A stretch of 64,000 nucleotides of DNA from positions 178,416 through 242,415 of the forward strand of contig CAWJKT010000014.1 of NCBI GenBank assembly GCA_963843375.1. The letters run 5' to 3'. The notes under the pieces were generated by a model. It was not told the origin of the DNA and made no database searches. It saw only the letters and a list, made by a program, of their open reading frames with translations. Shown in pieces: positions 31,311-41,404 of the stretch (position 1 is the stretch's first letter; every line of letters begins with the position of its first letter). Source of the stretch: an uncultured Pseudomonadota bacterium. GTDB taxonomy: Bacteria > Oederibacteriota > Muellerivitia > Muellerivitales > Muellerivitaceae. The translations under genes and the position numbers were made by a program.

Positions 31311-31787
31311 ATGAATACGAACCTCAAAACCGCAGATAAGACCGTGGATGTTCTTCTCGCGGAGGACAATCCGACAGATGTATTTTTTATCAAGGAAGCG
31401 CTCAAGCGGTGCCGATTTTCGATCCGCCTGGGAGTGGTCCGAAATGGGGAGGAGGCCCTCGCCTATCTTCGCCACCAGTGGCCCTACGCCGAACATCCCC
31501 ATCCCGACTTGGTCATACTTGATTTGAACCTTCCGAGGATAACCGGGTGGGAGGTCCTTAAAGAAATAAAAAAGGACTTTGAGTTGAACCCGATTCCGGT
31601 CGTAGTGATTACCACATTTAATAAAGCGGCAGACGCCCGGAAAGCCTATTGGTTAAACGCCGATTATTATCTCGTCAAACCCCTGAACCTGAACCAGTTT
31701 CCTCTATTGACCAAAACCATTGAACGGTTTTTGGAGGGGCCGTCCCATTGGCTTGATCAATGGACGGGAGATCCTTCCCGTTTCTAA
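31311..31787 (+). CDS. Stand-alone response regulator receiver (Rcp1-like)
   Basis: VLLAEDNPTD, PDLVILDLNLP and YLVKP motifs; GGAGG RBS before ATG 31311. Confidence 0.9.
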   Translation: MNTNLKTADKTVDVLLAEDNPTDVFFIKEALKRCRFSIRLGVVRNGEEALAYLRHQWPYAEHPHPDLVILDLNLPRITGWEVLKEIKKDFELNPIPVVVITTFNKAADARKAYWLNADYYLVKPLNLNQFPLLTKTIERFLEGPSHWLDQWTGDPSRF

Positions 31788-32009
31788 GGATCTTAAACGT
31801 GCTAAAAGTTCGCCAATCCCAAGGCGAAGACTTTGTTTACGCTCTTTATACCAATAAATCATCCCAAACCCTCCTGAGTTGTATCGCCAGTCCCTAAGAT
31901 GATGTGTTCGTCCGGGACGACCCAATAGACAGAAGTTCAACCCCTGAACACTCCCGCTTTCATCGTGTAATATAGCCAAGGTCTCAAGGAATCCTGAAAA
32001 GACGGGGCT

Positions 32010-32471
32010 ATGAAAAAAAGAGCTTTATTCCTTTTCCTGTTGGGGACTCTTCAAATCGCGGGAAACTGCAGCCATACGCGCTGGATTCAAAACCTGGGGT
32101 TCGTTACAGCTGCCTCCCCAGCGCCCAAGGTGTTCTGCAGTTTGGGGGACCAGGAAAGTTTCGCCAACCGGTATTTTTTGGATTGGAAGGATTCGAAAGG
32201 CGAAAGTCGTTCGATCCCAATTGATCATTCGGTTTTGGCCCGCTTGCGCGGGCCGGAGGCCCGCCGAAGCATGTACCTTCTGACCCTGGAAGGCGACTCC
32301 ACCGGGTGGCCTTCGCTGAACCGCTCCATCCGGCGTTACGCCATTTGCGGCCCTCTGCTGAAAGAATGGGAAATTCAACCCGGCAGTTTTCAATGGCCGG
32401 TGACTATTCGAATCGTCCCCGTCGCCGGTTCCGTGATTCGAACGATCCCTTATGGTGACCCATGCCGATGA
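32010..32471 (+). CDS. Hypothetical exported protein, translationally coupled to the HTTM-like gene
   Basis: Hydrophobic N-terminus, TAASPAPKVF motif; its end overlaps the next start. Confidence 0.65.
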   Translation: MKKRALFLFLLGTLQIAGNCSHTRWIQNLGFVTAASPAPKVFCSLGDQESFANRYFLDWKDSKGESRSIPIDHSVLARLRGPEARRSMYLLTLEGDSTGWPSLNRSIRRYAICGPLLKEWEIQPGSFQWPVTIRIVPVAGSVIRTIPYGDPCR

Positions 32472-33341
32472 AAAACGGATGGACGGGCGGCCATTACAGC
32501 CTCTTCCGGGCAGTGCTGGGGTTGTCGCTTTTGGCTTACTTCCTCCAGCTTTTACCTTGGGGCATGGAATTGTTTTCCAATCAGGGAGCTTTGGTCGTCT
32601 TTCGATCAAGGACATGGTTCTGTTTATTTTCCAAACATCCTCATCTTTTGGAACAGCCCGGCCGCTATTAGGGTGCTGCTGGCTTTCGGGGCGTTTTTTA
32701 GTGTTCTTTTGGCTTTAGGGCTCCGGGACAGGTTAGCCGCCATCGCTCTTTGGTACCTGTGGGCTTGCCTCTTGGACCGCAACCCTTTCATCTTGAACCC
32801 GCAACTCCCTTATATCGGATGGTTGTTGTTAGCCCATGCCTGCCTGCCGAAAGCGCCCCATGGTTCTTGGGAGGCCCGAAACCGGCCCGATCGGGGGAAG
32901 GACTGGGAATTTCCCCGGGCAATCCAGGAAGCCGGCTGGTGGGTGGTAGGTTTGAGTTACAGTTACAGTGGTTTTTACAAGCTGCTGACCCCAGCCTGGA
33001 AAGACGGAACCGCCTTGTTTTGGATCCTTCAGCACCCTTTAAGCCGCGAGAATATTTTTTGCCGGACCCTGCTGGAGATACCCTCGCCCTGCTTAATGGG
33101 ATTGACATGGATCGTAGCTTGGATGGAGTTTCTTTACTGGCCTCTGGCGCTCTTCCGCCGGGCCCGTCCTTGGGTTTGGACGGCCACCGTTCTATTGCAT
33201 CTTGCCTTGATGTTCCTGATGGATTTTTTTTGGATTAGTTGGGGAATGATACTGGTTCAATTGTTTCTTTTTGATCCCTCTTGGGTGAAACCCGGTTTAA
33301 AAGAGCGCGGAAAGGGTGAGGCCTCCCGTGACTCCGCTTAA
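32462..33341 (+). CDS. HTTM-domain-like membrane protein, split by a frameshift near 32628
   Basis: MKNGWTGGHYSLFR..LG in the first ORF. Removing one T from the run at about 32627-32630 joins it to FPNILIFW...RNPFILNP...YSYSGFYKL..P.WKDGTAL...WIVAWME. Confidence 0.75.
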
Positions 33342-34760
33342 GTCGACTTTGAGGGGGGACATGCCGGTGGGATCGGGATCGGCTTCGGGGACTACGGTGA
33401 TCTGGGAGCCGGTGGAGGAATTGGGATTATATTCCAACCGGGAAAGAGTAGTCTGGCCTCCGCTGGAAAAATTTCCGGTCAAGTGTCCCGCCTGAAGCCA
33501 ACGGTAGCCTATCGAAGGGGACAAAAGGAAATGGTCGGCGAATTCCCAGTCCAGTCCTACTTGAGCCTGTCCCCCAAAGGCGACTGAATTGTAATCGCTC
33601 GTGCCTGACGCCGAAGGGTTGCTGTAGTTCACATTGACTTCGATCGAGGCCAATCGGGGGCCGATGGAAGCGAAAAACTGCAATGGCCGGTCTCCTGTCA
33701 AGAGCCGCACATCCAGCCCTCCTACTAAGGCGCTCAAGGAGTAGGAAATAGAACTGTTTCCGTAAACGAGACTTTGGGTGTTCTCGGAAACGGTTCCCAC
33801 CGGAAGATAGCTCAGGGGTATGCCGAACTCCAGATGGGTGTCCATGCGCAGGACCGGTTCCGCGATATAACCCACCAGGTTGTTGGGAACGGTTCCGGTA
33901 AAGCGGTAGCTTGGATCAGTGCTTAATTGGGAGTTCGCATAGAAGACTTGGGACTGAACATCAGCCGTGAATTCCGCCAAGTTGATAAAGGATATCTCCG
34001 GTTGAAGCCGCAATCCTATTTGGGGGTATTCGACCGGGGTTGGAACTTCCGGAGTTTTTCCCGACCCATAGGCGTCAATCTGGGCGTCCACCCATTGTTT
34101 TTCCTGGATTGTTAACGGGGCTCTTAATCGGCGGAGGAAGTCCTGCAATTTGATGTCGGGTTTTATCTTGCAGGAAATACCCAGATTCATTACTGCGTCG
34201 CGGGTATGGCCGGCTTTGTATTGGCAGGAACCCAGATAGTAGTAGAGCTTGGCGTCGCCAGGTTTTTCTAAGAGGGCTTGTTTAAAGAAAGGTATGGCAT
34301 CCTGGTATTGCTTTTGTTGAAAAAGGGACAGGGCCTGATTATAGGCGCTTGGACCGGGTGTTGAGGCGGGAGGAACGGGTGGTGGGGTGGCTAAGGTTGT
34401 GGGGATGGGTGTGGAGGGGGTGCTGGTGGAACCCCCGGGTGGCAAGGCTGGGGGCGGTGGTTGGACAGGGTTTTGGTTATCGGGAGTAGCGGGAGGAACA
34501 GGAAGGTTTGGGGAAGTTGTTGCTGGGGGAGCAACGGTTGAAACATCGGGCGGCATCGGAGGCGAAGGCGGTTGAGGGGCGGATTGGTTATCAGGAAGAG
34601 TTGGAGGAGCGGGTACGGGTGAAGAGACCGATTGGGGGGGCGCACTAATAGTGACTTCGGGCGGGGGAGGGACCTGGTCATCCTCAGCCCCAAGGATGAT
34701 CGACGGGGCAACCAGATTAATAACGATTAGATAATTCAGGATAAGGCGACGGGAGTGCAT
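33297..34760 (-). CDS. Exported Pro-rich/TPR protein with probable C-terminal outer-membrane beta-barrel
   Basis: Signal peptide, ~110-aa Pro-rich region, TPR (AYNQALSLF...LYYYLGSCQY), amphipathic strands, terminal LTLSALF. Confidence 0.75.
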   Translation of the reverse strand: MHSRRLILNYLIVINLVAPSIILGAEDDQVPPPPEVTISAPPQSVSSPVPAPPTLPDNQSAPQPPSPPMPPDVSTVAPPATTSPNLPVPPATPDNQNPVQPPPPALPPGGSTSTPSTPIPTTLATPPPVPPASTPGPSAYNQALSLFQQKQYQDAIPFFKQALLEKPGDAKLYYYLGSCQYKAGHTRDAVMNLGISCKIKPDIKLQDFLRRLRAPLTIQEKQWVDAQIDAYGSGKTPEVPTPVEYPQIGLRLQPEISFINLAEFTADVQSQVFYANSQLSTDPSYRFTGTVPNNLVGYIAEPVLRMDTHLEFGIPLSYLPVGTVSENTQSLVYGNSSISYSLSALVGGLDVRLLTGDRPLQFFASIGPRLASIEVNVNYSNPSASGTSDYNSVAFGGQAQVGLDWEFADHFLLSPSIGYRWLQAGHLTGNFSSGGQTTLSRLEYNPNSSTGSQITVVPEADPDPTGMSPLKVDLSGVTGGLTLSALF

Positions 34761-34881
34761 AAAACCTCGCTTATACGGATTGGAATAATTGGCGCATTAT
34801 AGCCTGAAAAGGGGATAGGGAAAAACGCAGAGTTTACTAGATGAGTCATTAAACCATTCTGGGGGCATTATGGCTCAAAAC

Positions 34882-34916
34882 AAAAAAGGGCCCCGCCTGG
34901 AGGCGAGGCCCTTTTT
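34882..34916 (-). terminator. Rho-independent (possibly bidirectional) terminator
   Basis: AAAAAAGGGCCCCGCC-tgga-GGCGAGGCCCTTTTT downstream of the minus-strand gene ending at 34935. Confidence 0.75.
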
Positions 34917-34934
34917 GCAAAGTTAGGGTAAGCC

Positions 34935-35927
34935 TTAATAAATAAGGAAGTTATCCAATTTGATATTACCGGGGCCGAGTGTTCCGGAGCCGGTGTTGTA
35001 AAGGGCGCCGACCTGAACAACATCCGCTGAATTCTCACCCGCTCCGGCCCAAGTTGGAGTAAAGGTGATTCTTGTCCAGGCATTGGGTGCCAGGTTGGTC
35101 CAAGCGTTTTGCTCCTCAACCCATGAACCGCTTTGGACGAATAGGTAACCACCGGGATAAGTATTGTTGATCGCGGCGTCAATCCAGAGGTCCGCTTGGA
35201 GGGTATATCCGGTCAGGTTTGCCGCCGTGGGGAAGGTGTAGGCCAGGGCCTCCTGTTGGTTGTTGGTACCGGCGGCAAATGGAACATAGAGGTTTAAACA
35301 GTAACCGGTGCCAGGGTACCCCGGTGCTACGTCGCTTAAGACCTCGCTGGCGGAACCACTGAACCAATCGCCGCTGGCCCAGCCGTCGTTGGTGTCATCG
35401 TCAAAGGTCCAACTATAAACATTGGTCGGGGGGCAGGCCGAAGAAACCAGCCGGATGTTATCGATGTAGATGTTACCCACATTGGCGGCGGTCGTGCCCC
35501 CGCTGTTTAGGATGAAATAAAGTTTTGAAAGTGGAGAGGTCGAAGTGATGGTCCCCGCGCCGAAGGATACAGGAAGGGCCACGGTTTGTTCAACACCGCC
35601 TACCAGGTTTCCGCTACCTGGCGAGATGGAAGACCCATAAACCCCTTGGACAGTGGAATCGGCGTCGAGTTCCAATTCGTCTCAAGTGGTTCCGGCGACC
35701 AGAGAGCTGTCCACATAAACATCCACCAGGACCTCCGTGACGGCGGACCAATTCGGGGGGTCGACTGAATTAAGCATCAGGAATTGGTTCCATCCCGAGG
35801 AAGTGGTGACATCCACGTTGATCGAACCCGTCCCCTGGGTGACATGCAGGGTGGATATAACGGGATTGGAGTCATTAGCTGAGGTCGTTGTCAGGACCCC
35901 ATTATCCAGAATAGGGTATTCACTCCC
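34935..35927 (-). pseudogene. 5'-truncated tandem glycan-binding-like beta-sandwich gene with an in-frame TGA
   Basis: The frame of 34935..35675 continues upstream past a TGA at 35682-35684 (...VDVYVDSSLVAGTT*DELELD...) to about 35927, with no signal peptide or clear start. The C-terminal domain is similar to that of 36144..37538. Confidence 0.6.
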
Positions 35928-36080
35928 TCATATTGATTTAAATACGTTGCGCGGATAGTGGAATGATACCACGAATTATCGAATCTTAATTATTTCTGCT
36001 TTTTTGATTGGATTTTCAAAAGAAAATCCCCGGAATTATTTTGAATTGTTTCTGCAGATACGAGGACAAAGTCGGGAAAT

Positions 36081-36116
36081 AAAAAACGGCACACCTTGAA
36101 GGGGATGCCGTTTTTT
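36081..36116 (-). terminator. Rho-independent terminator
   Basis: AAAAAACGGCA...TGCCGTTTTTT hairpin after the minus-strand gene ending at 36144. Confidence 0.75.
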
Positions 36117-36143
36117 AAAAGAAATTCCGCTTAAGCTATTTTC

Positions 36144-37538
36144 TTAATAGTATTCGACGCTGTCCACATAAACGAGCCCTGGGGCGAAAACGCTACCGCT
36201 TCCGCCGGACCCAACCTGGACACCAATGTTATCTATTTCGCCTACGTCGGTAATGTCCGACTCAGGAATAAAGACTTGAACCCAAGATCCCACGGTCAAA
36301 TTCGTCCAAGAACCGTTCGCCCAAGTATCACTGGCTCCGCTTTGGACGTAAAATTGAGCGCCTGTGGGATTGTTCGAGAGGGCTGTTGTGATTTCAACTT
36401 CTGACCTGATTCCCTGGATGTTCAAACTGGTCGCATTGAAGGCTGTGGAATAAGTGTAAGAAAAGTTGGTGGCCTCGTTGGCGGCTCCAAAGGTGACATA
36501 GGCGCCCAAACATCCCGCGGAACTGTTATACCCTGGGGAGTAAATGGATAAGGGGGAGGAGAAAGAGGAAGTGCCGCCTGACCCGCCTCCATCAGAAATG
36601 GCCCAACCTTCAATCGAGCCGCCGTCGAACTCAAAAGAATCCGCGGCGATGGGAGTAGGCGTGAAGGTAGGGGTGGATGGGGCCGGCGCGGTAATGGATA
36701 CCGAGGCGATATAAACGGTTACTGGAGTCGTTATATAAGGAGCGCCGTTGGCGGGGAGCTGGAACACAAACTGAGTCACCCCTTCTCCGGTTGCTCCTGG
36801 AAAGGTAGTACTCACGGTAACCCAGCTATTGGAGGGAGCGGTTTCGGTCGTTAATGCGGTGTAATCAAAATAATTCCCGCCGTCCACACTGCCTTGGGTG
36901 TAAACCTGGGTATATTGACCCGACAAAGTCGTTGAAGAAACCACTTGGTATAACAGGGATATGGTTGATCCCGGCGTGATCGTTACACCCGGTGAAAATT
37001 GCATACCAATTAGTTCTTGAGTGCTAGAGGAAGTGAACGGAAGCACCACCTCAATGGCCCCTCCGCCCGGAGGCGTTGCGCCACCCACACTATTCGTTTG
37101 GGTAACGGTCGTAGGCATAGTTCCCCAAGCCGTCCAGCCTTGATTACATGTGGCAAATGTATATGTCGGTTGGAGTACGGGCGTGCAGGCTCCGCCGGGC
37201 GTGTTGGTGACAGTGGGGGTAGCGGTATTAGTTGGAGTGCTTGTAATAGTGAATGTGGCGGTGAGCGTGGGCGTATTCGTGACGGTCGGGGTCATAGTGG
37301 GGCTGCCCGGCGTGCCGGTGGGCGTGGCGGTTGCGGTGTTCGTGAGGGTGCTGGTAATAGTTGCGGTGGGGGTTTTAGTGGTTGTGGCGGACGGAGTGAA
37401 AGTTAACAAAACGGTGTTCGTCGGGGTGAATGTGTTTGTAGGAGGAAAAGTTGGTTGTGCGAGGTGGCGGCAGCTACTCCCCATGGTTACAACCGATACC
37501 AAGGTCATGAGGAAACCAAATCCAATCCAATGCTTCAT
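36144..37538 (-). CDS. Lipoprotein with Thr/Pro stalk and two galactose-binding-like (CBM-like) domains
   Basis: GGAGG RBS; lipobox GSSC; T/P stalk; domains of pattern F....GW...YVQSG...WTNL..GSW...IGVQVG...VYVDSVEY. Confidence 0.8.
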   Translation of the reverse strand: MKHWIGFGFLMTLVSVVTMGSSCRHLAQPTFPPTNTFTPTNTVLLTFTPSATTTKTPTATITSTLTNTATATPTGTPGSPTMTPTVTNTPTLTATFTITSTPTNTATPTVTNTPGGACTPVLQPTYTFATCNQGWTAWGTMPTTVTQTNSVGGATPPGGGAIEVVLPFTSSSTQELIGMQFSPGVTITPGSTISLLYQVVSSTTLSGQYTQVYTQGSVDGGNYFDYTALTTETAPSNSWVTVSTTFPGATGEGVTQFVFQLPANGAPYITTPVTVYIASVSITAPAPSTPTFTPTPIAADSFEFDGGSIEGWAISDGGGSGGTSSFSSPLSIYSPGYNSSAGCLGAYVTFGAANEATNFSYTYSTAFNATSLNIQGIRSEVEITTALSNNPTGAQFYVQSGASDTWANGSWTNLTVGSWVQVFIPESDITDVGEIDNIGVQVGSGGSGSVFAPGLVYVDSVEYY

Positions 37539-37731
37539 TTTCCGCCTCCGAGATTTTTCAAAAAAAGATCGATTAATGGAAGTATAACACTCTTTGGCGT
37601 TTATTTTCTTTTCTAAAAGAAAAAGGAGAAAGAGCCCGAAAAACCCTTGGGTGCGGCCTTGGGTTTTGTTTTTTTATGGATTTAAAAAATGTGAAAAGAA
37701 AAGGGCTTAAAAGGCGAAACATCTCCCGGGA

Positions 37732-37748
37732 AAACCGTTTAACGGTTT
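37732..37748. promoter_or_regulatory. Palindromic operator-like site in the divergent promoter region
   Basis: AAACCGTT-T-AACGGTTT is a perfect inverted repeat containing LacI-type AANCGNTT cores. Confidence 0.5.
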
Positions 37749-37903
37749 ACCATCGAGGCTGCGCCTTTTAAACTTTTCTAAACTTTTAAAGGATTTTTAC
37801 AGATGAAAAGGTTTCCGGGTTCGCCCGGTATTTAGTAGAATGCCAGCGCTTTTCCAATAGCCATTCTTCGAACTTTTTTTAACTTCCATCTCAACCATTT
37901 AAG

Positions 37904-38677
37904 GTGGCCATGACCCTGTCAAAAAAATATTTTTATGGAATGGTTTTGTGCTTTGGGATTTTCCTTGCGGGTTGTGGTGCTGTTCTGGTGAACAAGGGAT
38001 CTAAGAACGAGCCTTTGACAGACGGATTGAAAAATCCTGCAGACCTTGTGGTGAGGGTCAAGGTCCCCGCGGATCAGAAGGTGATTGATAATTTCGATGA
38101 CGGTTCCACCAACATGAGTTCTAAACTATATGGGGGTGGAGGAACTTGGAACGCTTTCGCTTCCGCTGGCAGTAACCTCACGACTCCCTATATTGTCTCC
38201 GGCGGTGCCAATGGAACCGCCATGGCTGTCCACATGTCCGGGACCCTGATCAATAAGGGTGATGGGCAATATCCTTCCTTTACGCTCCAGGGCATGTTCA
38301 AGAAAAGCGGGACCTATGACGCAAGTATGTTTGATGGCATCAGGTTCTACTACAAGTGTCCCGCCGACGATAAGGCCCCGGCCCGGCGTTTTAATGTGAC
38401 CATTCCCGCCACCTTGCCTTCTTCTAATGGCGGAACTTGTTCGGATCAGTGTTACAACCATTTTGGAGCGGACCTTTCCATGACTGGGGATTGGGTGCAA
38501 AAAACCTACTCATTCAGTGATTTAAAACGTCAACCGGGTTGGGGATCCATCGTAACGCCGCCGGATTTCACCGATCACTTGAAGGAATTAATGACAATTG
38601 AATGGGACCACAATGCGGGAAATACCGCTGGAACCTATCCGATCGATTACTGGGTGGATGAAGTAGAGTTTTTTTAG
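37904..38677 (+). CDS. Lipoprotein with CBM11/CIA30-like carbohydrate-binding domain
   Basis: Lipobox LAGC; VIDNFDDG, YDASMFDGIRFYYK, W....FSDLKRQPGWG and IDYWVDEVEFF. Paralog of 45925..46695. Confidence 0.78.
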   Translation: MAMTLSKKYFYGMVLCFGIFLAGCGAVLVNKGSKNEPLTDGLKNPADLVVRVKVPADQKVIDNFDDGSTNMSSKLYGGGGTWNAFASAGSNLTTPYIVSGGANGTAMAVHMSGTLINKGDGQYPSFTLQGMFKKSGTYDASMFDGIRFYYKCPADDKAPARRFNVTIPATLPSSNGGTCSDQCYNHFGADLSMTGDWVQKTYSFSDLKRQPGWGSIVTPPDFTDHLKELMTIEWDHNAGNTAGTYPIDYWVDEVEFF

Positions 38678-38725
38678 AGTGTCTTGAAAAGATTTTAGGT
38701 ATGGGTTTGGCCCATTAAAACGCTT

Positions 38726-41401
38726 TTGTCGAAGGTTTTTGATTCTCCGGCGTTTCAGGAGTGCGGTTTGAAGTTAAAAATGAAAACCCTTTTGTCTGGC
38801 CTTTTACTCGGTTTCCTCTTTTTAGGATCCGCGGGAGTTTCTTTGCTTTGGGCCGACCCCAGCGATAACGTCACTCCTGATCAATCGCTTTACCAACGAG
38901 TCAAAAAACTAGGGGACTATGGCCTCCTGGATCCCAAGGACAAAGCGGTCCTGGATCAAGGTCTTGTAGTCAATCGACTGGAGTTGGCCTTTTATGTTGA
39001 AAAGGCCAAGGCCCGCTTGGATGCGCCCGACTATCCCACGCCCGAAATAACCCCGGAGCAACCCACGGCGATTCCGACTTTGCCCCCGCCCGTATTGCCT
39101 ACCGCGACGGCGGTCATCGTTGTTCCGCCTCCCGTTGTTCCACCCCCCATGGAAGCCCCGATGATTCCTGCGCCCATTGCTCCGGTTCCGGTGGCAACAG
39201 TGCCGCCGGCTCCAGTTCACGACGCCTTGCGAAAAGAAATTGACGATTTATTGAAAGAGCTGCACCAGGAATCGGAAGTTTTGCGCAACCGAGCTGGATT
39301 GGATGATTACCGTATCCAGCAGGACCAGGCGGAACTGGACCAACTCAAGGACGTCCAGGACGAAGTGGATTCCGTGTTCAAGAAAGCCAACAAGTCCGGT
39401 GGTGCTCCCCATTTTTCGACCATCTCGGATATCCGGGTGGAAAACGTCAATGTTTCCGGACTGACCCAGGTCAGCGCCACTTCTATCAAGAATGAAGTGA
39501 ATCTGGGAGTTTGGAGCGATTTGGGCGGGAAGGGTTCTATCAGCTTGGGGGTGGGGAGCTACGTTTATTCCTCCATTACTGACACGCCGTCGCAACCGGC
39601 TTCGATTTATCTCTTCAGCCCCCAGGTCCATTGGAGCATGGATGGGAAACTGGGTCATTGGGACAATACTTTCGCGGTGGAGGATTATACCTCCGATGTC
39701 GACTTGGGAGATTTCACCCGAGGCCTTCCCCTCAGCAACCTGCGTTATGAGGAACCCTTCGAGATCAAACGATATTCCACCGACAAGAATATGAAAAACT
39801 GGGACGACTATATGACTAACCTGGGGTACGTTCCCAGTTACACTTCTTGGATAACCTCAAACACTACGGGTAACGTGTTTGACGGGCTTTACATGGTTGG
39901 AAGCAACCTTCCCCTCTTGAGCAAGGATGCGAAGGCTACCATGCTGCTTGGCCGAATGGGAAGGACCGCGGATGACCCCGATTCCGACTTGCCCGAAAAC
40001 CACCGGTTGGAGGAGGGTCTCAAATACAGCCAGCCTTGGGCCGGGGGATTTTTGGAAACGTCTTTGTCCGCCTATTGGATCAATGAGAATCTCGGAATAA
40101 CCCCACCCAATACCCCCACCATGGACTCCCAAAATTATGAAGCCGATATGGCTTTCAATATAAAACCCTTCTTCCTGTCCCTGAAGGGAGCCTACAGCCA
40201 GTTTTATACGGGAATAGAAACCGCAAGCCCCTATAGCCTCGTCGCTCCTAACGTTGACCTATCCAATCCCACGCCTTTGGAAGCCCCGGCCGGACAAGCT
40301 TCCCTGACCTATTATCCCTTCACTATGTATTACACCGCCATCAGCCCGAATTATTCGGATATTAATGCCACGGTTTATGCAGCGGGTTTCAATTTGAACC
40401 GTTATGGATATGCCTATACGGGCCTTCAAGATTATTATTACGGTTTCGTGGGCATGGTCAACGACATGATCAGCGACCGACACGGATGGCGGGCCAACCT
40501 GGGCTGGCAAGGCCGCCAGCAGGATTGGATGAAGTCCTGGCCCTCTATTCTCGATGATATCATCATCAATTTTGATGTAGCCTCCAACACTGAATACACC
40601 GTCATTCCGGATGAAACCGGGCAAAATGTCATCGAAACCTACCAATTGATTACGGTTTTTTACCCGGATGACACGGGAATGTGGGGAAGCAGTGTTTGGG
40701 GAGGATACGGCGGGATTCACCCCATGGGGCAAGCTTATGAAAACAATATCGCGGGCATCCGTAACGATGGCTATGGCACCGCCAACGAGTTCTACCTGAA
40801 TTCCTTGGGAGTGGATTTCGTACAGCGTATACCCTTCATGCTCCCCACGGCCAATGAACCGGTCCAGGACATCAATGGAAAAGCTGTCACACTGAGTTCG
40901 GGGACCAATACCTATACCCAGCTTGATAACCTGAAGACCTTCAACTACATCACCCTGACGACCAAACTCCAGCTCAACAAGATGCTGGGGATGCCCGAGC
41001 CTTTCTATGGCAGTTTCTTCTTCACGGATCATCAGATTTCCGGAACGACCACCAATCCCGCTCTCGTGAATATGCCGGATCCCAACCGGCCGGGCCAGAC
41101 CCTTGCCAATATCCCGGACATGTTCAATCAGCAAGTCTATGACGCGTCGGTTCTTTATCAAGTCGCGAAAAACTTGAACCTGTTGGCGGATTATGGTTGG
41201 GAAATTTGGAACTCGAATTATACCTATCCCATCGTCAACTTCCGCACCGATTCTTACGGGGCGGGGTTCGCTTATGACCTGCCTTGGGGGGGCGGGAAAT
41301 TCGAATTCCGTTTCAAGCGCTTGAGTTACCAGGATTTTTCCGTGGTGGCGAACAGCTACCAGGCAAACCAGATTTATTCATATCTCTTATTTCAGTTTTA
41401 A
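38726..41401 (+). CDS. Putative outer-membrane protein A (SLH-like domain, Pro-rich linker, coiled coil, beta-barrel)
   Basis: Signal peptide; VTPDQSLYQRVKKLGDYGLL...NRLELAFY (SLH-like); coiled coil; aromatic amphipathic strands; C-terminal YSYLLFQF. Start may be 38768 or 38780. Confidence 0.75.
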   Translation: MSKVFDSPAFQECGLKLKMKTLLSGLLLGFLFLGSAGVSLLWADPSDNVTPDQSLYQRVKKLGDYGLLDPKDKAVLDQGLVVNRLELAFYVEKAKARLDAPDYPTPEITPEQPTAIPTLPPPVLPTATAVIVVPPPVVPPPMEAPMIPAPIAPVPVATVPPAPVHDALRKEIDDLLKELHQESEVLRNRAGLDDYRIQQDQAELDQLKDVQDEVDSVFKKANKSGGAPHFSTISDIRVENVNVSGLTQVSATSIKNEVNLGVWSDLGGKGSISLGVGSYVYSSITDTPSQPASIYLFSPQVHWSMDGKLGHWDNTFAVEDYTSDVDLGDFTRGLPLSNLRYEEPFEIKRYSTDKNMKNWDDYMTNLGYVPSYTSWITSNTTGNVFDGLYMVGSNLPLLSKDAKATMLLGRMGRTADDPDSDLPENHRLEEGLKYSQPWAGGFLETSLSAYWINENLGITPPNTPTMDSQNYEADMAFNIKPFFLSLKGAYSQFYTGIETASPYSLVAPNVDLSNPTPLEAPAGQASLTYYPFTMYYTAISPNYSDINATVYAAGFNLNRYGYAYTGLQDYYYGFVGMVNDMISDRHGWRANLGWQGRQQDWMKSWPSILDDIIINFDVASNTEYTVIPDETGQNVIETYQLITVFYPDDTGMWGSSVWGGYGGIHPMGQAYENNIAGIRNDGYGTANEFYLNSLGVDFVQRIPFMLPTANEPVQDINGKAVTLSSGTNTYTQLDNLKTFNYITLTTKLQLNKMLGMPEPFYGSFFFTDHQISGTTTNPALVNMPDPNRPGQTLANIPDMFNQQVYDASVLYQVAKNLNLLADYGWEIWNSNYTYPIVNFRTDSYGAGFAYDLPWGGGKFEFRFKRLSYQDFSVVANSYQANQIYSYLLFQF

Positions 41402-41404
41402 ACG

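Noticed and set aside
31704..31862. Small minus-strand ORF (MIYWYKERK...) with a GGAGG RBS
   Set aside because: It overlaps the 3' end of the response regulator and has no recognisable motif, so support is insufficient.
35682..35684. Possible TGA recoding (alternative genetic code or selenocysteine)
   Set aside because: TGA is a normal stop in several intact genes here (GH29, xylF, 20944..22230, the esterase), and this is a single case in a truncated gene.
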